A DNA stretch of 64,000 bases, from positions 107,383 through 171,382 of IMG/VR virus record IMGVR_UViG_3300031088_000782; one strand, 5' to 3'. This document shows, piece after piece, positions 51,419 to 60,756 of this stretch. Source of the stretch: a virus. The first letter of the stretch is position 1. Each line of letters starts with the position of its first letter. The notes under the pieces were generated by a model. The model worked only from the letters and a program-made list of their open reading frames with translations, ran no database searches and was not told the DNA's origin. The translations under genes were made by a program, and so were the position numbers.

Positions 51419-51492
51419 AGGAGTGTAGCTCAGTTGGTTAGAGCGTTTCGCTGATAACGAAAAGGTCATGAGTTCAAGTCTCATCATTCCTA
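51419..51492 (+). tRNA. tRNA-Ile(GAT)
   Basis: ctGATaa. Confidence 0.93.
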
Positions 51493-51546
51493 CGCAAAGC
51501 GGTTGTAAGTGACGCGGGTGCAATGTGTGCGGCGGAACTTTCGTAT

Positions 51547-51628
51547 GGCTCCTTGGCGAAATTGGTAGACGCGCCAGATTTAGGTTCTGGTATCTTAGGA
51601 TGTGCGGGTTCAAATCCCGTGGGGGCTA
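51547..51628 (+). tRNA. tRNA-Leu(TAG)
   Basis: ttTAGgt. Confidence 0.92.
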
Positions 51629-51822
51629 CGAAAAATGTTTGTTAAATAAATAAAGCTGGTTTTCTTGTTTTTAAATCAGTGAAAGATTTAACAAAGAAAC
51701 CTTAGCGGGTGAATTTTTCCAAGAGGAAACAAGTGAGGAAAAGCATTTTTTATTATATATTAAATAATAACTAAGTTTAATATATGTTAAATTTTCAGTA
51801 ATTTTTAAAATTATTGAAAAAT

Positions 51823-51895
51823 GGCTCTGTAGCTCAGTTGGAAGAGCATTCGATTGAAGATCGAAGGGTCGACGGATCGAAACCGTCCGGAGCCA
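51823..51895 (+). tRNA. tRNA-Phe(GAA)
   Basis: ttGAAga. Confidence 0.9.
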
Positions 51896-52048
51896 CGGTG
51901 TGAGCAGATTGCAGTCTGACTTAACACAAGAAAAAGAACATATCTCTTTCTCACACTAGAGGTTCTTTTTCGCTATCTTTCCTATCGACACTGCAATGTT
52001 GGTATAGTTATTTTATTGAATAAACTTGGGGAAAGGGTTTATTCTTAT

Positions 52049-52122
52049 GCCCCATTGGAGTAGCGGTTTATCTCGTCTCCCTCTCACGGAGAAGAACACC
52101 AGTTCGAATCTGGTATGGGGTG
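52049..52122 (+). tRNA. tRNA-Glu(CTC)
   Basis: ctCTCac. Confidence 0.9.
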
Positions 52123-52363
52123 CTTTTGTTCAAAGCGTAGTGTAAAGCAAGGAAGGTCCAATCGGACTGGAATGGGAACAGAGTTCTTGGAAGCACACTC
52201 AGTTATGGTTGAGAAGGCTTGTGTTAGTTGGTTGCACGCGAGTAAGCTTTGAACAGATATTATTGAATAAAGGTTGAAGCCAGCTAATAAAGCGGTTCTT
52301 TATATAAGATAAAGAATGAACGGTCTCACTGACAGATACCTATGGAAAGTCTGTCATCCTTAT

Positions 52364-52436
52364 GCCACCTTAGCTCATCAGGTAGAGCAGCGATTTTGTA
52401 AGTCGCAGGTGATCGGTTCGAGTCCGATAGGTGGCT
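52364..52436 (+). tRNA. tRNA-Thr(TGT)
   Basis: ttTGTaa. Confidence 0.92.
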
Positions 52437-52695
52437 CAAATTAGTTTAAAAAATATTTGAATAATGATTTGACAATCAAAATAAAAGTATGTTAGACTAA
52501 TAATGTCAAAGAGAGATTGAGGACTTGTTCAGAGAAACAACGAGATAAGGATTTGACAGAAAATAAAAAATATGTTAAACTTAAACAAGAAACACAGCAA
52601 CAAAGTTTGATAAATGAATAAAGAAAAAGTTAAACAATAAATTTGACAAGTTTGAAAAACTTTGATAAACTTATTGAGTAACAAAAACAAAATAT

Positions 52696-52779
52696 GGCTC
52701 TATGGTGGAATTGGTTTACACAGCGCACTTAAAATGCGTCGCCCCTTGCGGCTTACGGGTTCGAGTCCCGTTGGAGCTA
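52696..52779 (+). tRNA. tRNA-Leu(TAA)
   Basis: ctTAAaa. Confidence 0.92.
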
Positions 52780-52923
52780 CGATTTGACAAAACAATTTAA
52801 CAATGATATGATAAAATTGTTGAAAGTTAGTCAAATTAACAAAAATAAATAATTGGCACTCGCTTAACCGTCCCGATAGTAAGAGCAAAGGTTGTAAATA
52901 TTGCCGCCAATTATTTAATATAT

Positions 52924-52996
52924 GCCCCTGTAGCTCAGTGGATAGAGCAATCGGTTTCTACCCGATTGGCCGGGAGTTCGAATCTCTCCAGGGGTG
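52924..52996 (+). tRNA. tRNA-Arg(TCT)
   Basis: ttTCTac. Confidence 0.92.
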
Positions 52997-53169
52997 CTTA
53001 GATGTAAATGCCGATTAGGTTAGTAACCTCCTGTGTGAGCACGACTTGGTAACGCCAAGATATTTACATCATTAAATTTTTGATAAGTTGAAAAACTTTG
53101 ATAAAAAATTTGACAAACGATATAAAAATTTGGTAAAATAAGTTTGTTAAAGAAAAAATAAAAGAATAT

Positions 53170-53243
53170 GGGGCTGTAGTCAAGTGGGTTAAGACATCTC
53201 ACTCATAATGAGAGGATCGGGGGTTCAAGTCCCTCCAGCCCTA
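53170..53243 (+). tRNA. tRNA(CAT), probable Ile2 (lysidine)
   Basis: ctCATaa, GGGGCTG acceptor, adjacent to tilS. Confidence 0.8.
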
Positions 53244-53256
53244 CCCATTAAATATT

Positions 53257-53300
53257 AAGCGGCAATCAGAATAATAAACGTTCTGATTGCCGCTTTTTTT
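53257..53300 (+). terminator. Rho-independent terminator ending the main tRNA array
   Basis: AAGCGGCAATCAGAA...TTCTGATTGCCGCTTTTTTT. Confidence 0.8.
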
Positions 53301-53415
53301 GCTTCCTTTTTTACAATTGACAAATTTCTTCAAAAATGATAAAATATTAACAGATTAAGTAAGTATAAGAATAAATATAAGAAATTTTTGCAAAGGTTCG
53401 AAAAGGGGTTTTAAC

Positions 53416-54384
53416 GTGAGAAAAGATCATTACACTATGGTTGCTCGTAATTCAGTTAAAAACGCGCTACAAGACATTTCTGCGTCCTCTCACGTAGGTT
53501 TTGGTTGTTCTGGCGGCGCTGATAGTCTTGCTTTGATGTTTTCTCTTGCTACTCTTTACAAAAAGGACCGCGCTAAGCTGGTTCATGTGATTATTGTCGA
53601 TCATCAACTTCAAGATATTACTGCAGAAATTTCTCAAAAAACTGCTGATCTTGCAGAGTCTTTGGGATTCAATGCTCATATTATTCCTATTGAAATTGTT
53701 TCTACGAAAGAGGGCATGGAGAGCGATGCTCGTAAGGCTCGTTATGAAGCTTTTGAAAATGCTATTGGTGAATATAATCTTGAATCTTTTTTGATTGGTC
53801 ATACTAAGACTGATCAGGCTGAGCAGGTTTTTCTTGGTATGCTTCGAGGTTCTGGGACAAAGAGCCTTTCTGGGATTCCTCAAAAGCGTGGAATTTTTGT
53901 TCGTCCTTTCTTAAATTCTCTTTCTCGTGAGGATACTCAAAAAGTTTGTGAAGAGAATAATTATGATTATTGGTGCGATCCTCATAATGACTCTACCGAA
54001 TACCGTCGTGTTATTGTTCGCAAAATGATTAAAGATGTTCAAAAAGAAACTGGTCAAAGTATTGTAGATCCTCTTGTCAGAACTTCTCAAATGAATGCTG
54101 AAGATACAGAGGCTCTTGATTTCTATGCTGATATGGCTTTTGATAATTTTGTCAAATCAAATTGGGACGTTAATGTTCTTGCTGATTCTCCTGCAGCTAT
54201 TAGAAAACGAGCTTATCGTAAGATGATTATTGGGATTGGATCTGATAGTGATTCTGTTGATTTTGAATTGACTAATCGTGTGGATGATTTTGTTGTCAAG
54301 TGGAGGGGGCAAAAGGCTGTTTTCTTCTCTAATGGCGTTCGCGTTAAGAGGGACGATGGATGCTTAATTTTCTCTGTTGAATAA
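53416..54384 (+). CDS. tilS: tRNA(Ile)-lysidine synthetase
   Basis: SGGADS, DHQLQ, EsdARKARY, GHTKTDQAEQV, RGSG, VRPFL, DPHN. Confidence 0.92.
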   Translation: MRKDHYTMVARNSVKNALQDISASSHVGFGCSGGADSLALMFSLATLYKKDRAKLVHVIIVDHQLQDITAEISQKTADLAESLGFNAHIIPIEIVSTKEGMESDARKARYEAFENAIGEYNLESFLIGHTKTDQAEQVFLGMLRGSGTKSLSGIPQKRGIFVRPFLNSLSREDTQKVCEENNYDYWCDPHNDSTEYRRVIVRKMIKDVQKETGQSIVDPLVRTSQMNAEDTEALDFYADMAFDNFVKSNWDVNVLADSPAAIRKRAYRKMIIGIGSDSDSVDFELTNRVDDFVVKWRGQKAVFFSNGVRVKRDDGCLIFSVE

Positions 54385-54460
54385 TTGTTAAAATCATAAT
54401 CCTCCGCGCTCAATTTGGTAAAATAATTGTAGTAAGTTATTAAATAAAAGAGCAGGAATT

Positions 54461-55322
54461 ATGGATATTGATTTTACAAAATATGGTTATATTTACCGAA
54501 TGACTAATTTAGTAAATGGTAAAACCTATATTGGTCAACATAAAATCAAATCAAATGAAAAATTCCTCGATTATATGGGCAGTGGAAGAATCATTCGCCA
54601 AGCTATTCATAAATACGGTAAAGAAAATTTTTCAAAAGAAATTCTTGAATATGCTATAAACAAAGAAGAGTTAGACATCTTAGAGAAGAGTTATATTCAT
54701 AAAGAAATTTTGAATAGTAAATCAGAATACAATATTGAATATAGTAGCTCTTCTTTACAATTTAAATTCAAAGAATTGTTAATAAACGATAATGATTTAT
54801 TAAACTGGTATTTTGATAAAAATATGAGCTATAAAGACATTGCTTTAAAACTTGGTTGTTCTGAACCTTCTATTTATAGATATATGAACAAATTTCGTAA
54901 ATCTGATGAAAGATTTAAAAATATTAAGCACGGAGATAACAGAGGAAAAAAGTGGATTTACTCCAGAAGAAAGAGAAAAAGCCATTAAGTCTGCTAAGGT
55001 AAAAGTTAAGTGCGAAAATTGCGGACATCCAATTAGTAAATTTAATTATCCAAAGCATTATAATGTATGTATTGACGAAAACTTTACTTATGTTGATGGA
55101 ATTAAGAAAAAGAAGTGTCCTGTAGATAACTGTGATACCTTAATCTACACTAAAAATAAAACTTGTAAAGAACATAGAACAGCAGGATCAAATTTGAATA
55201 ATATAAAAACTCCTGAAAGTTTACGAAAAGCTGGACTTTCTTCAACGCATAAGAAATGGCACGTTAATAGAGATATAATTAATCCTAACTGTCCTTTATG
55301 CAATCCTGTTGACAAACCTTAA
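54461..55322 (+). pseudogene. GIY-YIG endonuclease paralog split by a frameshift
   Basis: Homologous to 46966..47805 across two frames; one extra A in GGAAAAAAGT at about 54946. Confidence 0.75.
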
Positions 55323-55581
55323 TCAACTTTTTCAACAATCTTTCAACAACCTTTCAGAAACACAGAAATAGCCCGTATAGGCGATAGCTTGCTTAATTCG
55401 CACAGACTTACACAAATATGTAAAACCCGCTTAAACAACCGTTTTTCAATGTTTCAACAAACGATTCATTAATCTATTTCAATACCCTCGAACGATGACA
55501 AAATTAATGAATATTGTTGAATAACATTGGTAAACTGCTATAGCAAGAAACTTTATCCATTAAGTATAGGAGAGGTAACAA

Positions 55582-55791
55582 ATGAGCGAAAATGCTGAAA
55601 ATCTTAAAAAAGATATGGAAGACAATAAAGAGTTATTGAATTTAAGCGATAAAGAGAAAAAAGTATATGATGCTGCTTTCATTGCTATAGCGAATAAGCC
55701 AGTTCATAATTCTCCACCAATCATTCAGATAGCGCTTATGATTATTATTGCTATTGCTTTAATTATTGGAGTTGTTCAAATTGCAGGTTGA
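55582..55791 (+). CDS. Small membrane protein
   Basis: AGGAGAGG RBS, C-terminal TM helix. Confidence 0.6.
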   Translation: MSENAENLKKDMEDNKELLNLSDKEKKVYDAAFIAIANKPVHNSPPIIQIALMIIIAIALIIGVVQIAG

Positions 55792-56002
55792 TGAAATTAA
55801 TGAAGATGATGATTTTTTAATTTCAAAAGGTTTTATTATAACTATGTTAGCATTTATGTTTATTTTTATTGCTGTTATGATCCTTGCAGGAGTTATGGCA
55901 GTTAATAAGATATCTCCTAATAATCTTCTTGCTCATTTAATGCTTGTTGAAGATTTAGATTCTTGTAAACCAATTCTTAATGGTTTTTTGTTAAAATGCT
56001 AA
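55766..56002 (+). CDS. Small membrane protein
   Basis: One TM helix; start uncertain. Confidence 0.45.
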   Translation: MELFKLQVDEINEDDDFLISKGFIITMLAFMFIFIAVMILAGVMAVNKISPNNLLAHLMLVEDLDSCKPILNGFLLKC

Positions 56003-56235
56003 AAATATTTTGAAATGGATTTGACTTTTTGAAATTAATTGTGTTAAGATAATATTGTCAAAGAGAGATTGAGGACTTGTTAGAGAAACAACGAGATAAA
56101 GATTTGACAAATAGTTTCAAAATGTGTTAGAATATTTTTTGTAAGACAGAAAAATTTTGATAAGTTAATAATGAAGCAAAGTTGATATTGTTAAAGTTAT
56201 TTGATACAATATTAAAGTGATAAAAATTCACGTAT

Positions 56236-56309
56236 CGCGGGGTGGAGTAGTTAGGTAACTCGTATGGCTCATAACCATAAGATCGTAGGTTCAAATCCTA
56301 CCCCCGCCA
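56236..56309 (+). tRNA. tRNA-fMet(CAT)-like
   Basis: CGCGGGG start, C1:C72 mismatch, ctCATaa. Confidence 0.88.
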
Positions 56310-56339
56310 CTAAATCTGATTGAAAAATTGGATTTTATT

Positions 56340-56423
56340 GCCCTTGTGGTGGAATTGGTTTACACAGCGCACTTAAAATGCGTAACTCATAGCAGTTTGC
56401 GGGTTCGAGTCCCGCCAGGGGCA
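56340..56423 (+). tRNA. tRNA-Leu(TAA)
   Basis: ctTAAaa. Confidence 0.92.
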
Positions 56424-56424
56424 C

Positions 56425-57000
56425 ATGATTAATTGGAATATGAGAACATATACAAAAGAAGATTTTATAAAAGCATGGAATTCTTCTGAATCAATAAGAC
56501 AAGTATTGATTAAATTAGGGTTAAAGCCTATTGGTGGAAATTACCATACTGTAAAGAAAATGGCAAAAGAGCTAAATTTAAAAAATGATCATATGCTGGG
56601 GCAAGCTATAAATCGCGGAAAATCAATAGTTAATAGTAAATCTATTTATGATTACTTGACAAAAGACAGCCATATTTCTTCTTATCATTTAAAGAACAAA
56701 CTCTTTAAAGCAGAAATTTTTAAAAAAGAATGTTCTATATGCTATAATAGTATGTGGATGGGCAAACCAATTCCACTTGAATTAGATCATAAGAACGGGG
56801 ATCATTATGATAATCGTATAGAAAATTTAAGAATTTTATGCGCTAATTGTCATGCTCAGACAAAAAATTATAGAGGTAAAAATAAAAAGATTCACAGGAA
56901 TTTTAAAAACAATGCCAACAAATGTTTAGTTTGCTCAAAAGAAATTTCAAGAAACGCCAAAAAATGCAGGAAATGCGAATCAAATTCAAGAAAAACATGA
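56425..57000 (+). CDS. HNH endonuclease abutting tRNA-Leu
   Basis: PLELDHKNGDHYDNRIENLRILCANCHAQT. Confidence 0.88.
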   Translation: MINWNMRTYTKEDFIKAWNSSESIRQVLIKLGLKPIGGNYHTVKKMAKELNLKNDHMLGQAINRGKSIVNSKSIYDYLTKDSHISSYHLKNKLFKAEIFKKECSICYNSMWMGKPIPLELDHKNGDHYDNRIENLRILCANCHAQTKNYRGKNKKIHRNFKNNANKCLVCSKEISRNAKKCRKCESNSRKT

Positions 57001-57122
57001 ATAATTAATTTTAATCAATGGGATATGGTATTTTTGCTGTATCCTATTTTTTTACTTCATTTAGAAAAATATTAAATATTATGACTTGATTGACATTAAC
57101 TATGGCAAAAGGATTTTTAACA

Positions 57123-58091
57123 ATGAGCAAATTTCATATTTCAAAAGATGGGATAGCAAGACAGTGCCGTGCGCAAACACCTGATGCTTGCCGCGCCACA
57201 AAATCAGACCAAAAAGAACACTATGAAACAAGAGAAGAAGCAGAAAAAGCTTACGAGAAAAAGAATACAACAGTAAAAAGTTTAAGTAAGAAAAATAAGA
57301 ATGATTTTGTTACTAAAAAAGTTTCTTTAAAAGAACAACTTGCGAAAAGTGAAGAAAAAGTTAGGGAAAGTTTTTCTGAACATCAGCATCACAATGATCA
57401 ACAATTAGATAAAATAGCTAAACGAAATCAAACAACAACAGTAGATCTTATCAATAATTATAATGATTCTACTGATAATTATAATAAGTTTCTCAATAAT
57501 AGATACGAAAATTATAAAAATGATAGTAAAATTCCATTAGAAAAATTGTCAAATGAAGTAAAAGCCGGAGAAGACTTTATTTATCATAGCAGGAAAATAG
57601 CCAGCACATCTGACGAAAGAATGGAATCATATCTAAAAAATATTAGATTATACAAAAATAGTTTGAATTTGGAAAACAAGGCTTTGAGAAAAGAAATTGA
57701 AAAAGTTGAGAAATCTGGAAGAATTCGTAGTGCTTTTGATAATGATTTCAAAACTGAAAAAGAGAATAAATTAAATGAGCTTAATAATAGATTAAAAGAT
57801 AACAGAAGTTCTATTGTAAAAGCAATAAATTCAGAAGAGTCAGTTGCTGCAGGATTACAAGCAAAAAGGATTAAAATTTTAGAATCCAAAGGTTATAAGC
57901 CTGTTACTGCATATAGTGGAATGAATATGTCTTTTCATCCACAAGGTCCAGAGTTTAGATATACTTGCCCAAATTGTGGAATTGAACATACTAATAGATT
58001 GAGAAGACTTCAGTATGTTCAAGAAGTTGGATATACAGATGCTTGTAGATCATGCCGTAAAAGAATGATTTTACCTGTTACACCTGAATAA
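57123..58091 (+). CDS. Hypothetical protein: shared N-terminal module, coiled coil, C-terminal Zn ribbon
   Basis: MSKFHISKDG..CRA..C..HYETREEA; CPNC...CRSC. Confidence 0.7.
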   Translation: MSKFHISKDGIARQCRAQTPDACRATKSDQKEHYETREEAEKAYEKKNTTVKSLSKKNKNDFVTKKVSLKEQLAKSEEKVRESFSEHQHHNDQQLDKIAKRNQTTTVDLINNYNDSTDNYNKFLNNRYENYKNDSKIPLEKLSNEVKAGEDFIYHSRKIASTSDERMESYLKNIRLYKNSLNLENKALRKEIEKVEKSGRIRSAFDNDFKTEKENKLNELNNRLKDNRSSIVKAINSEESVAAGLQAKRIKILESKGYKPVTAYSGMNMSFHPQGPEFRYTCPNCGIEHTNRLRRLQYVQEVGYTDACRSCRKRMILPVTPE

Positions 58092-58154
58092 TCTAATCTA
58101 CTTTCACTATGGTGTTTAGCCCCATTTTACAATAATAATGATACTGACTCTCTA

Positions 58155-58715
58155 ATGGACAAGTATCAAAAAGAACATGGTAAATTAAAAGATCACGAAG
58201 ATTTTGAAAAATATCGTGAATGGCGAGATGAATATGTTTATCAAGAATTAAAAAAGATCGAAGCATCTAAAGACAAAAATTATAATAATATAAGAAAAAT
58301 GACAGCAGAGGGAGTAGAAGCACTTGATGACAAGCTAAGTGATTTAACATCTCGTGCTGTTGAATTTGAACAATCAGAATATGTTAATGAAGATGGCGAA
58401 AAAATTACTTATGATGTAATTACTTTTAATGATTTGAGCGATATCAATTACAACATTTACAAAAAGAATGGACAATATTTTATTAAATCAGACTATCTTA
58501 TGAAAAATAAAGATGGATATAAACCTATCACTAATGAGTTAGACACAGATAGACTATTCTCTAACAGCGAAGAATTTATGAACAATACTCATGGAGATGA
58601 CTTCACTTACAACAAAAATGAAGCTAATTCAAATAAATTATATATTAAAGATTTTGCAAACAAACATTTCTCTGAAGCTTCTGAAATATTAAAGAAAAGG
58701 TATAATATTGAGTAA
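58155..58715 (+). CDS. Hypothetical protein
   Basis: 186 aa ORF. Confidence 0.6.
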   Translation: MDKYQKEHGKLKDHEDFEKYREWRDEYVYQELKKIEASKDKNYNNIRKMTAEGVEALDDKLSDLTSRAVEFEQSEYVNEDGEKITYDVITFNDLSDINYNIYKKNGQYFIKSDYLMKNKDGYKPITNELDTDRLFSNSEEFMNNTHGDDFTYNKNEANSNKLYIKDFANKHFSEASEILKKRYNIE

Positions 58716-59190
58716 ATAACATTAATTAAAAAGAAAGAGAAGTCTTATGCATAAAAACAATATTCCTACAGTAAAAGAAGTTTTAAAAGATTTTAATAAT
58801 GTTGTGGAACGATGGAAGAATCATGAAATGAATGATTCTGACATGGTTGATTTTATATTCGTCTAGAGGGTCGAAAATTGAACAAAGTTAATTCTGTTTG
58901 TTATTGTAATGAACCAGATGTGTGTTGCGTTGCTCATAATAATCATAATTCAGAGATTCATAAAGGATGTATTTTAAGGTAATTTTGTTATTATTAATAA
59001 AATAAGTTATGGATATATATGTTAGAATTAAAATATTGGAAAAGTTCGACTAGTTTCAAAATAAGAAAGATAAGGTGACACAATTTTAAAGAATATTAGT
59101 TGTGTCACTTTATCTCTTTATCCTTGATCTTTTTGGAATAATTCATTAATTATATCAGTTAATAATTTTACTCTCAAAAGGACGGATAAA

Positions 59191-59781
59191 ATGGAACATC
59201 ATAATAATAATTTTCAACATAATCATATTAACCACGAAGATCATTCTCATCATAGTGGTGGTCATGAAGGAATGGCTCTTTCAGCAACCCTCCATTGTTT
59301 AACGGGTTGCGCAATTGGCGAAATCTTAGGAATGATTATTGGGACTTCGCTTGGTCTTCATAATTTATCAACTGTTATTATTTCAATAGGATTAGCTTTT
59401 GTTTTTGGTTATGCTTTATCAATGAAACCTTTATTGATAAATGGAATTAAATTAAACCAAGCTTTAAAACTTGTTCTGGTGGCTGACACTTTATCAATTC
59501 TCTCTATGGAAATTGCAGAAAATTTAATAATGCTTGTTATTCCTGGTGCAATGTCTGCAGGTGTTTCTAATCCTATGTTTTGGGTGTCTATGAGTATCGC
59601 TTTTCTTGTCGGTTTTGCAGTTGCTTATCCTGTTAATAAAGTTTTGCTTAAGAAAAATAAAGGACATGCTATTACTCATGAAGCCACTGGACATCATGAG
59701 ATGAATAATGCTCCACTTATCTTTGCTTTAGTATCATTTATGTTAGGTGGTTTAATTACATCACTTTTAGGAAATTTTTAA
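59191..59781 (+). CDS. DUF4396-like membrane protein with His-rich N-terminus
   Basis: ATLHCLTGCAIGEILG, ADTLSI..MEI..N, AYPVN..L. Confidence 0.8.
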   Translation: MEHHNNNFQHNHINHEDHSHHSGGHEGMALSATLHCLTGCAIGEILGMIIGTSLGLHNLSTVIISIGLAFVFGYALSMKPLLINGIKLNQALKLVLVADTLSILSMEIAENLIMLVIPGAMSAGVSNPMFWVSMSIAFLVGFAVAYPVNKVLLKKNKGHAITHEATGHHEMNNAPLIFALVSFMLGGLITSLLGNF

Positions 59782-59835
59782 ATATTATTTAGAAAAATAT
59801 AATATATTAATATTATTTAAATTAGGAAAAAGAAA

Positions 59836-60756
59836 ATGACTAAATATCACATAAATCCTGAAACAGAAAGAGTAAATATCTGTCGTGCTGAAAAGAAGTG
59901 CCAGTTTGCAGACGATCAAGGAAATGAACCACCACACTTTAACACTAAACAAGAAGCGCGCGCCTATAACGAAAATAATCTTAAAAAAGAATTAGGAACT
60001 TTCTCAACTATTTCAAAAACAAAAAATAGTAAAAAGAAAATTAACACTTTGACAGAAAACGAAAATATTGAATTAACAAATAAAATGGTTAATGAATTTA
60101 ATAAAATGTATAAATCTTTATCTAATACAGAACAAAGAGCAATTGATTATTACACTTTTTGTGGATCATCTTCAATGAATAGACTATTACATGGAACCCC
60201 AAGAGAAGATGAAGAAGCTTCAGTAGAATCCACTATGAAACATATTAAAAATCTTGATAATGTTATAAATAGACACTACGAGGAACACAAAGGAGAAAAG
60301 AAAACTTTGTATCGTTATCTTTCATTAGACAAGAATACTGATGTTAATGAATTTATAAAAGAAAATTTTCAAGAAGGTAAAGAATATTCTGATACCGGGT
60401 TTATGAGCACTACTGAAGATATTTCTTTTATTGCTGGATATGCTAAAAAGCACAGTAGAAACAGAAAGTTTGTTATTTTAGAGATGGAAACAGATAAAGG
60501 AATAAGTTGCCAAAAACAAGAAGAGCAAACTGGAACTATCCAAAGCTTTGAAAAAGAAAGATTATTACCACGAAATATGAAATTTAAAGTTGATGAAATT
60601 TTTGAATCAAATGTTAAAATTGATAAATCAAGAGAAAAACTTCATAAACAATTTGGGGGAAATGGTTATATGTTAAGCGAACACATTAATTATATTCCAT
60701 CTAAAAAATTCAATTTTATCAAACTAATAGAACAAGAGGACAATAAAAGTGACTAA
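59836..60756 (+). CDS. ADP-ribosyltransferase (VIP2/Alt-like R-S-E class) with shared N-terminal module
   Basis: AIDYYT..MNRLL, LYR, GFMSTT, EKERLLPRN. Confidence 0.85.
   Translation: MTKYHINPETERVNICRAEKKCQFADDQGNEPPHFNTKQEARAYNENNLKKELGTFSTISKTKNSKKKINTLTENENIELTNKMVNEFNKMYKSLSNTEQRAIDYYTFCGSSSMNRLLHGTPREDEEASVESTMKHIKNLDNVINRHYEEHKGEKKTLYRYLSLDKNTDVNEFIKENFQEGKEYSDTGFMSTTEDISFIAGYAKKHSRNRKFVILEMETDKGISCQKQEEQTGTIQSFEKERLLPRNMKFKVDEIFESNVKIDKSREKLHKQFGGNGYMLSEHINYIPSKKFNFIKLIEQEDNKSD

Noticed and set aside
55325..55360. Short TTTCAACAA repeats as replication iterons
   Set aside because: Only two to three imperfect copies in AT-rich DNA, with no other origin evidence
51309..56097. Hammerhead ribozyme reading of TTGAGGA-stem-GAGA
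   Set aside because: The core deviates from CUGANGA/GAAA, stem II would close with C-C, and I find no stems I/III or cleavage triplet
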